Source: Picochlorum sp. SENEW3 (taxonomy: Eukaryota). Taken from it: 64,000 nt of DNA. The position numbers and the translations under genes are program-made. The stretch's first letter is position 1. The number at the start of each line of letters is the position of its first letter. Under the pieces are notes generated by a model that searched no databases, had not been told where the DNA came from, and worked only from the letters and a program-made list of their open reading frames with translations. The stretch spans positions 1,488,001 to 1,552,000 of the forward strand of contig CP120453.1 of the NCBI GenBank assembly GCA_034226945.1, in the 5' to 3' direction. Below, in pieces: positions 11,172 to 21,177 of the stretch.

Positions 11172-14100
11172 ATGATGGACCAGACTGAGAGAGATTTGGA
11201 AGGAGGGGCAGGGGCCCTCACTCCAGAGGACCTGCCGAGAATCTTCACGCTCTTGTCCCAATCCCTGAGTCCTGTGGCTGAGATTCAGAAAGACGCGGAT
11301 ACAAAGCTACGGGGGATGGAGCTGAGGCAAAATTTTTGTTCCTGTTTGGTGGAGATTGTGTCTCATGTAGAGGCAGAGAGGTCAGCCAGGTGGCTGGCAA
11401 GCGTGTACTTGAAGAATATAATCGCTCGGAACTGGAGGACGAGGCTGAGAGGGGTCATATCACCTGAAGAAAAGGCATATTTGAGAGAAAAACTGATGGC
11501 GTTGCTGGATGACCCGGATGACCAGATTGGATTGCAGGTGGCTGTTGCTCTTGCCAAGGTTGGCAGGGTGGATTATCCAAAGGAGTGGCCAGATCTATTC
11601 GAGGTGCTGCTCGGTCGGATATGCCGAGGAGATGAGGATGACCACCGAGTTCGTCGGACATATATTGCATTGCATTTGCTTCTGAAAGAGCTGGGGTCAA
11701 AGAGGTTGGCAATAGACCAGAAGAATTTTGAGACACTGTGCAGTGATGTTCTATATGGTCCTGTGTTTCAAATGTGGATGAATGATGTGGAGCGCCTCGG
11801 ATCATCAGTGAATGCATCACATGATTTTAAAGGGATCTTAATTCAGCGGATTGTGTTGCAGCTCAAGTGCCTGAAGAGGATTTTGATACAAGGGTTTCAG
11901 AGTGATTCAAAGACCCTTGTGATTGCCAGCCAGGTAGAGAGGAGTTGCCCTGTGCTTGTCCAGGCGTTACAGTCATGGATTTCCGCGACAGACGAGCTTA
12001 TTACGCTTCTAGAGGGAGCAATATTAAAGAGTTTAAGGATTTTGGTGGGAATTCAAGAGGCGCATTGCTGGGCATTTGCTGGGAGTCTTGTTCCCTTTCT
12101 GGAACTGGCTTGTCAGCAATTGGCTGCTCCGCGTCTTTGGGCTGAAGGCAAATATGTGAAATCGTTGCTTACTGGGGTTTATAATGTGTTGAAGTGCCCA
12201 GGATATCGAGGCTCCTCCTCTGCATTGGTCATGACTGCTGGGAAAGCGAGAGAGCAAAAGGCGCAACTTGAAAGCATGGCAGAGCATGTGAGGCCTGTGC
12301 TTCGAGGATTCTTCGCCGGAGGTCGTGACGCGACATTTTTATGTCAAATCATTATTGATAGGTATTTTGTGCACAGTCAAGACGAATTGCTCCTGTGGGA
12401 GACGAATGGAGAGGAGTTTCACCAAGAAATGGAGCACTCTGCAAATGAGGAAACAATCAGAGGGTGCGCAGAATTGGTTCACACCGCGCTTTTGGAGTCC
12501 AACAGAGAATCTTTAGCACCTTGCATCGTAGAAAAGCTTCATTTGTGTAGATTTGGTGATACCCAGACCGTAGAAGAATATGGAGCCAGGTCATGTGTTT
12601 CAGCCACAAGTCCATCAGCATTGCAGGCTGCTGCTGTGCTGCATTCATTTGCCCTCGGGGCATATGATCTACACGATTTTGTAGACTTTGGAAAGACTTT
12701 GAATAATCTGATCATCCCCATTATTTCCTCCAGAGAAATTGCAGCCCCAATACGGCGAGAAGGGCTGCGAGTCTTGTCATTCTGGGTGTCAAAGCTTAAA
12801 CCTCATGATCGACCTGGTTTGTATCGACTGCTGCTTTCAGTCCTTGGGGAACATGACCCCGTCATTCATTTAATGGCGTGCAGTGTTCTCCAAAGTCTTA
12901 TGGAAGATTGGGATTTTGATGTGGAGCAATTTCGAGAGTTTGTGCCAGAGGCAGTACACACCTTGATCAGAATTTTGGCGCAATGCACAGATTATGAATC
13001 ACAGCTTGAGGTGTTTTCGGTGCTGAATCTGGTGATCGATCATCTTCAGGAGAGAACCATCGAATGCGCCCCAGTTATTCTTCAAATGATTCCAGAGCTT
13101 TGGCAGAGGGCAGAGGGCCAGAGTTTACTCAAGATTCAAATCATGCTTGCACTGCAGAGGCTCGTGCACGCTCTTGGTAAGGATTCTCCAATGGCGTATC
13201 CTGTAGTGCTTCCTATTCTGCGCTTTGTTATTGATAAAAACAACCAAGATCCTACAAATGCTCTGGAAGATGGTATTTTGCTGTGGATTGTTGTTCTCAG
13301 AAGTGCTCCAGAGCCAGTACCAGATGTGGTGGGCCCAGTTGAGAGCTTACTTCACATCATGGGAATGAGCAGTGAGCATATTTTAACTGGAACCAGGTGC
13401 ATTACCTCTTCTGTGCTATTGTACCGCGATCTCATCCTCGAAAATTATGGCAATAAGATCAATAGAGTGCTGGGTGGTTATGTGGGGACAGTCAAGGACA
13501 GGGCCATGATTGATGTTGTCTCCTGTCTAGACGTTATATTTCAAGCATGCCCCAAGTACGGATTGCAATGTATAGTAGGAAGCATAGCAACTCTTGTACT
13601 GGATATCTTTGATAAGAATAAAGGAGTGATTGTGATTGCACCTGTTCTTGTTCTGTTGAGTCGCATTTCCATTGCACGCGGTCCCAATCAAATACAGCTG
13701 TTATTTGAGTATGCATGTCAGAGCAACCGAGAAAAAGTGGCGGCTATTTTAGATACAAATGCAGCAGCCTATGCATCGATACCAAATGCCTCTGCTTGTG
13801 ATAGATTGTTTGCCTGCTTTTTGGATCTTTGGCTACGACACTTTGATGGCATTGGTCAAACTGGCATGAGAAAAATAGCTGCCCTTGGCTTATGCTCTAT
13901 CCTTCAAGCAAGCATACCCGGGCTCTTGGAACGATTAGGAGATATTGTGTCACACGTGACAGGTGTGTGGTTCGAAGTGGAGGGCCCAGAGGCCGAGCCT
14001 GATCCCATGGCTCTGTCCTTCCCAATAGCTGGTATGGGGCCACGAGATGACCTCGTTCCTGTTTCCGTGGATTTGGAGGAGGCAGAAGGAGAGTTATCAA

Positions 14101-14279
14101 GGCGAAAGGCTTTGTTCGAACAGAGTCCAATCGTGACTTTGAAGATTGCAAGTTACTTTAGAGAAAGCCTGTCCAAAGCCTCTCTTGCATACGGTGACGT
14201 GCTGCAGGGTTCACTACATGGGCTGGATCCAGCGATTCGAGAGCAGATGGAAGTGATGCTTGGATCTAAGGGTATCTGA
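11172..14279 (+). CDS. IPO11: Importin-11 / KA120-like karyopherin
   Basis: Long intronless ORF. IBN_N motif RWLASVYLKNIIARNWR, AKVGRVDYPKEWPDL, LKELGSKRL, then HEAT repeats. Confidence 0.85.
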   Translation: MMDQTERDLEGGAGALTPEDLPRIFTLLSQSLSPVAEIQKDADTKLRGMELRQNFCSCLVEIVSHVEAERSARWLASVYLKNIIARNWRTRLRGVISPEEKAYLREKLMALLDDPDDQIGLQVAVALAKVGRVDYPKEWPDLFEVLLGRICRGDEDDHRVRRTYIALHLLLKELGSKRLAIDQKNFETLCSDVLYGPVFQMWMNDVERLGSSVNASHDFKGILIQRIVLQLKCLKRILIQGFQSDSKTLVIASQVERSCPVLVQALQSWISATDELITLLEGAILKSLRILVGIQEAHCWAFAGSLVPFLELACQQLAAPRLWAEGKYVKSLLTGVYNVLKCPGYRGSSSALVMTAGKAREQKAQLESMAEHVRPVLRGFFAGGRDATFLCQIIIDRYFVHSQDELLLWETNGEEFHQEMEHSANEETIRGCAELVHTALLESNRESLAPCIVEKLHLCRFGDTQTVEEYGARSCVSATSPSALQAAAVLHSFALGAYDLHDFVDFGKTLNNLIIPIISSREIAAPIRREGLRVLSFWVSKLKPHDRPGLYRLLLSVLGEHDPVIHLMACSVLQSLMEDWDFDVEQFREFVPEAVHTLIRILAQCTDYESQLEVFSVLNLVIDHLQERTIECAPVILQMIPELWQRAEGQSLLKIQIMLALQRLVHALGKDSPMAYPVVLPILRFVIDKNNQDPTNALEDGILLWIVVLRSAPEPVPDVVGPVESLLHIMGMSSEHILTGTRCITSSVLLYRDLILENYGNKINRVLGGYVGTVKDRAMIDVVSCLDVIFQACPKYGLQCIVGSIATLVLDIFDKNKGVIVIAPVLVLLSRISIARGPNQIQLLFEYACQSNREKVAAILDTNAAAYASIPNASACDRLFACFLDLWLRHFDGIGQTGMRKIAALGLCSILQASIPGLLERLGDIVSHVTGVWFEVEGPEAEPDPMALSFPIAGMGPRDDLVPVSVDLEEAEGELSRRKALFEQSPIVTLKIASYFRESLSKASLAYGDVLQGSLHGLDPAIREQMEVMLGSKGI

Positions 14280-14396
14280 CAGCAGGAATTACATGTATAT
14301 ACGTACTATGATATCTTTGTTTGTGTACGCAATACCGAGCAATTGCCAATGTGTCTTCATCCGGTATTGCAGGAAATGAAACTGTTTAAAAAGTAC

Positions 14397-16158
14397 TCAG
14401 GCCGCAATATTCTTGAAATTCTTCCACACGGCATTATCTAATCTCTTCACCATTGCTTTGATCTGAGCTCCTGGGCCTAGTTCATGCAACTGCGTTTTAC
14501 CTGCTCCAATCATGGCCTTGAGAGTTGGCTCCCATCTAACAGGTTCCACAAGCTGCCTTGGCAAAAGTGATCTGATCTCCTCTGCATCTTTGAACATCTC
14601 TCCTGTGACGTTAGAATACGCGGGTATGACAGGGTCGTTGATGGTAACTTTGTCCAAGGCTGCGACCAACGCATCCCTGGCAGGGGCCATAAGGGATGTG
14701 TGGAAAGCACCTGAAACAGCCACTTGGACAGCTTTCAGAGCACCCTTCTGCGTTGCAAGCTTTTGCACCTCTTCCAACGCTGCTTGGTGTCCTGATACGA
14801 CTCTTCCCTGTGGGAACAAGTAGTTGGCAATTTGACACACTTTGTCGGGCATCTGTTCGCGAACTTGCTTGCAGATACCCTCCAGATCATCATCACCAAG
14901 CCCAACAACTGACAACATTCCATGGGGATCTCCTTGTTTGGCAGCCTCAGCCATACTTTCTGCTCTGACCTTGACAACACTGATTCCGTCCTCAAACGAC
15001 ATGGCCCCAGAAAACACCAGGGCCGTGTACTCTCCAAGAGAAAGGCCTGCAGTGGCTGCAACAGAATCTACCAGAGATGGATTCTCTGCGCGAACCTTCT
15101 CGACTGCTGCCAAGCCAGCAACAAACAAAGCCGGCTGCGAATGGATTGTATTATCCAAATCTTCCTTTGGCCCTTCATTGCACAATTTTAGCAAATCATA
15201 TCCCAAGACTTTTCTGGCAGTCTCCAGCATTTTCTTCACCGCTGGAAGGTCCTTGGTCTCATTCAACATGCCCACAGCTTGGGAACCTTGTCCTGGGAAC
15301 AAAAATGCTACTGGACCTTGAGCAGGCGCCTTTTTCACCGGCAAAGGCCCTCCAGAAGCGATAGCCTCTGCTCTCGCATTCCTGCGGCGCTCCTTGGCAG
15401 CTTTGCGCTCCTCGGCATCCTTTGATCTTTTCGCATCTTCAGGAAACACAGGATCATAATCAACTTTCCATGTCCTGACCTCGTCCAGACCATAATCATA
15501 CAATGTCCACCAATCACCAATCATAGCATGAGGCTCCCTGACTTTCTTCACTTTTGCATATTTCTTCTCCAACTTGATCAACTTTTCCCTCACATCTCCT
15601 TCATCAGTTGCCACTTCAACAGGTGTCTTTTTCCCAGGGTTCAAATATGGATCATACTCTTCAGTCTTGAGAGATGGATCAGCTCCCCTGGACAAGAGAT
15701 ATTCATAAATCTCCAAGTACCCATCATAGTGTGCCAAATACGCAGCTCTATGCAAGGGAGTGAACCCTTTCTCATCCCTCTGATTCACTTCAGCACCGTT
15801 ATTCAATAAATGATGCAACATATCCAACTGCTTGTACGTTGTCGCAAAATGCACAGGTGCCCCTGCTCCATTATCCTGAGTGATAAAATACGGGTCAGCC
15901 TCCATAACCTTGGCCAACTGCTCTGGATCTCCCAATCTAATAGAGCTATAGAAAGCAATCGGTGGATACTTTGGAACGGGAGGATACCTGCATTCAACAC
16001 ACGGTGTGGACGACAAGGTTACAACAACCAGTCAACACGGCCATTCAAGAGCAACGCCAAGGCCAAAAGGCCCTATATCCGAGTCTATTATGATTTAACC
16101 TCTTCAATAATCTTATAAATAGCACATACCTCCCCGTTGCCGTCATATCCCTTCCCAT
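14397..16158 (-). CDS. Ankyrin-repeat + malonyl-CoA:ACP transacylase (FabD/MCAT-type) fusion (2 exons)
   Basis: Exons 16158 (or 16176)-16130 and 15987-14397. Ankyrin repeats APVHFA and GFTPLHRAA. AT motifs FPGQGSQ, GLSLGEY, SGAFHT, QLVEPVRW. Confidence 0.9.
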
Positions 16159-16515
16159 TCGCCTTTTGTTGGTCATTGTAATCGTCTGTTGATCACCTCG
16201 TGCCGATACAGATACACCCTATAATGGTGGATTTGCGATGGAAAACAACAATATGTCTGGATATGGTGTATCTGAGTGAATGATACAATGATTTATTTGA
16301 TTTCTGAGAAACATCGGACGACTGGACGATTCAGTCAACGTTTGCAGTACCTGGTTGAGATTTCACAGTACCTTGCGCCAGGGATTGCCATTGCAATTCC
16401 TATTTATTTATCATTCGATACGAAAGTGATTACATCATGCACCTAGACGACAATGATGAGGGAGAAAGAATCATTCATAAGGCAACGTTACTACTACACG
16501 CATGAAATTGGTTGA

Positions 16516-17846
16516 TTAGTACTGAACTGCCATTTCTTCCTCAATGTCGGCAGATCCAACACGCTTGGTTGGTCCAAAGAAGAGGGACAGGCATCCAGTG
16601 GCAATGCCCAGGATGGCAGGCAATTTCTGCAACGTTTTCACAAAGTCTGGGGCATTGCTCTTTCCGATATCCACAATCTTCTGGTTGCACTCCACCATCT
16701 TGTCCAAGATGTTGAAGAACTCTGGGTGCTCAACATCTGGAACCTCTGGGAAGATTCTCTCGGTTGTTCTATTGGTCTCGACAATCACGTGCTGGTTGAA
16801 CTTGGTTGTCTCCATACCCAAAGACTCGTAGAAAGCAGTTCTCTGGTGATCGTTCAAGTACATGGTGATGTACACTGACAGGCAGAAGAAGCGAGACCAC
16901 ATGCGTGCCTGGAAGTCGTTCAAGAGCTCTGGGCGAGCCTTGAGCACAGCAGCCAAAAAGTCTCCGTGGCGGGACTCGTCCTGGCACCAGTTCTCAAAGT
17001 ACTCGAACATTGGGTACAGCTGGTTGTCTGGGTTTCTCTGCAAGTGTCTATAGATTGAAATGTACCTCCAGTATCCAATCTTCTCAGACAAGTAGGTGGC
17101 ATAGACAATGAACTTTGGCTTGAAGAAGGTGTATGTTCTATTCTTTGTCAGGAATCCCAAATCCAAAGCGAGGTTGAAGTCGGACAATGCCTTGTTGATG
17201 AAACCGGCGTGGCGAGCCTCATCCCTGCTGAGGAGAGTGAAGATCTCAGCGACCACTGGGTTGCTATCCTTGAGGCGACGTCCCAACTCTTTGTACAACA
17301 AAAATCCAGAGAACTCTGCTGTGCACGATCTCTCCAAGAACTCAATGAAGATCTTTCTGGTTGGACCAGAGATCTTATCAGCGGCAGCCTTGAAGGTGTC
17401 GTTACGGACAAAATGGGTCTGGTTGTAGTCCCTTCTGAACTCGTTCAACATGGCCTCCAACTCATCCATTCTCAGATTTGGGTTCTTGTCCAAATCGAAC
17501 AAGTCAGCCATCTCATCGAAATCGGTGGTGTAGAATCTGCATCGCGATAACAACAATGTCAGTCAGAAGCGTGACGATAAGGATGGGGAGACGTGTCCTC
17601 TCCCGAGCGACCCACGTGCCCCGACCACACAACCTACGACCGTACATACCTTGGTGTCAAAATTGTTTCCTCGGCAGCCACCTTGACTCCCTTTCTCATT
17701 AATTCGAATCCTTCATCACTCACTTGAGCAGATGCCTGCACACGGCGAGCAACGGTCCTTCTGGCAGGGAAACGAGCTGATTTCTGCTGTGGAGCAACAG
17801 CCACGGACCCACGGAGGTTCTTCTGAGCAATTGACACGGAATTCAT
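16516..17846 (-). CDS. CRD1: Mg-protoporphyrin IX monomethyl ester cyclase (CRD1/CHL27/AcsF) (2 exons)
   Basis: Exons 17846-17650 and 17536-16516. Transit peptide, [16 protein letters not shown], di-iron motifs DEARH and DESRH. Confidence 0.97.
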
Positions 17847-18194
17847 TGTTAAGTAGCACGTATTGGTAATAATAATTATTATTATTCTATTCCAAGGATT
17901 GCAGGATCAGCCCGCATCTAGAACGGAACAGGACACCGTGCCATCATCTGGATTGTCACATCTAATCCTTATCTTCCAGAGGCTCGCTGTCAAGGCCTTT
18001 GGTTGCGATATCTTCGGTCAAGAAGAGTGTTTGATGGGAAACATTATGAGTAGATGCTCGGGCGCATAAAGTCTGTATCCATATGGCTAATCAACCAGTA
18101 TATGGCATATATTCATAGTATATCACACTCTAATGGTGGTTTAATGGGTCTCGTGCGAGAATATCGTATTTGACTGCGTTCATGCAATTCTACC

Positions 18195-19130
18195 ATGCAT
18201 CCCTCCAACGGAAACGAGCAATCGGATGCTGATGCTTTTCAGAGTGATGAATTGGAGAATTTGAAACGCGATGCTGAGTTGGAGATGGGTCGAAAGCTGT
18301 GGGAAGAGGATGATGGTGCTGCTCCCAGAGAGCAGTATGAGCCAGGGAGGGAACTTGGGAGGTACAAGTACGACGCGGTCAAGGATTTGGAGCAGGGGGT
18401 GCGAGGATATTTGATCCGGTGTCGGTTTCGTCGAGAGAGGACTTCTATTCGTGAAGTGACTGAACGCCTCAATGCTGGCCAGGATGGAGAGAATAGGTTT
18501 GGCATTGTAAAGCTGTCTTTCAGAGGCATGGCCATGTTGTTGGATCAACGTCGCCCAGATGGCGGTGCTCACGATATTGAAAACAATATAGTGATGAAAT
18601 CAATGCAGAGGTTGATGGAGAGTGCAAGAGAGGATGGGCTACGATTCACGCATCGTGTATCTCCAGTACTACAGTCGTGTGTTTGCACTGAATCTGCTCT
18701 CGAGGAGAAGGGCAAAAGGCTTGTTTCTTGCGTCGTAACCAGCGATGTATTTGACAGTGATAAAAATTCTGGGATCAAATTTGCTGTTTTATTCAGTGGG
18801 AGGGGTTTATCAAAGAAACATGAGGGAATACGACTGAAATACATTCATGCTGTTGCCAAAGGGTTTTCAGATGAATATGCATCAAAGACTGGTTTGACGG
18901 CTACTGTTGATTTGAGGCATCCTGATGTAGTTGTCTCTGTTGATCATGTGGATGTCATGCAGCGAGGTTTCATGGTCCTGGGAGTGTATCCATCCACCTG
19001 GTGTGAGGGTGCATCAAAGCTTGACCTGAAATCTCTGATGTCAAAGGCCCCTACTCAAGGAACAAAGAGAAAAAATAGAGATGAAGTGGAGGGGGGCGAT
19101 GCAGTTGCTGAAGGAGATGGACCAGAGTAA
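18195..19130 (+). CDS. THUMP-domain protein (THUMPD1/Tan1-like)
   Basis: GVRGYLIRC...RE N-terminal motif and ATVDLRHPDVVVSVD THUMP C-terminal motif. Confidence 0.7.
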   Translation: MHPSNGNEQSDADAFQSDELENLKRDAELEMGRKLWEEDDGAAPREQYEPGRELGRYKYDAVKDLEQGVRGYLIRCRFRRERTSIREVTERLNAGQDGENRFGIVKLSFRGMAMLLDQRRPDGGAHDIENNIVMKSMQRLMESAREDGLRFTHRVSPVLQSCVCTESALEEKGKRLVSCVVTSDVFDSDKNSGIKFAVLFSGRGLSKKHEGIRLKYIHAVAKGFSDEYASKTGLTATVDLRHPDVVVSVDHVDVMQRGFMVLGVYPSTWCEGASKLDLKSLMSKAPTQGTKRKNRDEVEGGDAVAEGDGPE

Positions 19131-19209
19131 TATCAGATTACAAAATACATGAAGAAATTGCAGCAAATAGTGAATGAATCCTACCAAAACGAATGAAATA
19201 TACATACAT

Positions 19210-20736
19210 CTATTGTGTTATCAGCATGGTATCTGTGACTCTGGAGTGTCCACTCTCAGTTTCAACAAATTCAAAATACATGTGAGCGCGATCCTGAATC
19301 TTGAACCTTCCATACCCATGCACTGCCTGTGCATGCATCATCCATGATGGCTGCTCGCCCTTCTCGTCGAGGTCAGATATCTTCTTGCCTCCCGATCCAA
19401 TAGTTATATGCACAATACCCTGCTTCGGATCATCTGCACACACACCCCGCAACAATGGGCAGCTTCTAAAATAGGAATGTACATGCCCAGACACAACTAC
19501 ATTGACCTTGTTGGCAATGAATGTCTCTTCCAACATTTCCGTAAGATGCTCTCCCACAATTCTGTTGCTTTTATGAGGGAATGCAACGTACAGTGGCCTG
19601 TGAATCAAAATGACAAGCCAGGGATACTGCGACCTATCAACAGATTCTAACTCTGCCTCCAACCACGTCCGCTGCTCCGATCCTATGCTGACATTATGCT
19701 CTGATGATATGGAAATGAAGTGTGCTGGACCTGTTTTTAAAGAATACCAAAATGGAGCATTTGACGGGACCACACTGTTATCAGACTCTGGCATGATGAA
19801 TCTATCTGCAAAGGGATACCCACATTCACCATGTGAGTCACTGCCATAATTGCCCCAGTCAGGCAAGTATGGCTCACGCAAGCCAGACGCATCCACGACC
19901 GGACCATCCGCCATTGAGGGCAGCCAATCATATTCATGGTTGCCAACAGTGACGACGTACGGAACAGCAGACGAAATCGGCTGAATCGCCTCCATAAAAT
20001 CATCCCAAATCTCGGCATGCCCATCTGCATAGGAAATGTCACCGTCATGAAAGATTAGATCCACATCCCCTACTTCTCCAACCAGTGAATCAATAGTCCC
20101 CGGGGATCCTGGACACTTTCTCGCAGTGGGGGCTCCCATGTCCCCGAACGTGATAAACTCTAGCTCCGACGTTGGGGAATTTCTTCTTGGACTCGCAAAG
20201 GTGTATTGAGTCTTTTCTTTATCTGATTTGATCGTATACTTGTATTCGACCCGACCAGGCTCCAGCCGATCCAAGACAACACTGTGTCTGTACAAGATGG
20301 ATTTTTGCTCCCAATCACTCTCGTCCTTCAGGCAGCTTGCTTTCGCATTAAATGCCATCTCCTCCCCATTCACTTTGCAGCGAAACAAGAGGCAGTGCCA
20401 TGGAAAGTGCAAGCCATTCTCTTGTGGAAACCATCTTGCCCTCTTGTAATATACTTTTGAACTGCACCCTCTCTTGGCAGTATGCCATGTGAGCCGCACA
20501 GAGGTGTCCTCCCCCGTAGGCGACAGGTGAATATTCCTAGGATGACAATGGCTTGGTGAATTTTTTGCGTTCTCGTCCCGAACCACAGGAGCGTCCTCCT
20601 CTGAAATGGACGTCGCCAGGGTCTGGTCCGCAACAAATCGCAGTCCAAGACAACCAGGCACCGAGATTGCCATGAACAACGCAATAATATAGCATTTCCT
20701 ATTTACGTGTGCATGTCGATTGCTGTGGAGCGCCAT
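19210..20736 (-). CDS. Secreted purple acid phosphatase family metallophosphoesterase
   Basis: Signal peptide and FN3-like N-domain. Metal ligand blocks GDMG, GDISY, GNHE, IHRPLY, GHVH. Confidence 0.93.
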   Translation of the reverse strand: MALHSNRHAHVNRKCYIIALFMAISVPGCLGLRFVADQTLATSISEEDAPVVRDENAKNSPSHCHPRNIHLSPTGEDTSVRLTWHTAKRGCSSKVYYKRARWFPQENGLHFPWHCLLFRCKVNGEEMAFNAKASCLKDESDWEQKSILYRHSVVLDRLEPGRVEYKYTIKSDKEKTQYTFASPRRNSPTSELEFITFGDMGAPTARKCPGSPGTIDSLVGEVGDVDLIFHDGDISYADGHAEIWDDFMEAIQPISSAVPYVVTVGNHEYDWLPSMADGPVVDASGLREPYLPDWGNYGSDSHGECGYPFADRFIMPESDNSVVPSNAPFWYSLKTGPAHFISISSEHNVSIGSEQRTWLEAELESVDRSQYPWLVILIHRPLYVAFPHKSNRIVGEHLTEMLEETFIANKVNVVVSGHVHSYFRSCPLLRGVCADDPKQGIVHITIGSGGKKISDLDEKGEQPSWMMHAQAVHGYGRFKIQDRAHMYFEFVETESGHSRVTDTMLITQ

Positions 20737-20979
20737 GCAGCGTCTTGTGAAGGCCTTTGCCCTAGAGCCTGCTGTTCACGACACACACACTGCAGCGTCT
20801 ACCAGAGATACTGTATCCAATGGATTGGCCTGATACACTCTAAAAATTTTAAACTCCAAAGAATTCTGTTCAATTTTTTCAAGTATTCCAGCTCCAAAGC
20901 CTTGACCACAAGGCAGCAAGCCATGCATGTGACTCTCTGCTGCCTGAGGTCTATTGGTCTTCTACTTGTTGCATTGTTG

Positions 20980-20990
20980 TTACAGTTACA
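20980..20990 (-). promoter_or_regulatory. Tandem TGTAA polyadenylation signals of the KH gene
   Basis: TGTAACTGTAA on the minus strand about 190 nt after the stop at 21178. UGUAA is the established chlorophyte poly(A) signal. Confidence 0.6.
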
Positions 20991-21177
20991 GTATCGAAAC
21001 GACTTTAGAAGGGTCACGCAATTCACATAATGCTGATCACGGTAATCTCTGCAGATATCACATCATACTCACTGGCCAGTATACAGCCTGATACTTGTTG
21101 TGCACCTTGCAGGGGGCAGCCAATACCGTGGTGGACGGAAAAGAATCACAAGGAATAGGCCAAAATTGTGGAAGGTA

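Noticed and set aside
17847..18194. Copper-response (GTAC) elements upstream of CRD1
   Set aside because: No GTAC seen in this spacer. There is only an I-box-like GATAAG, too short to support a call.
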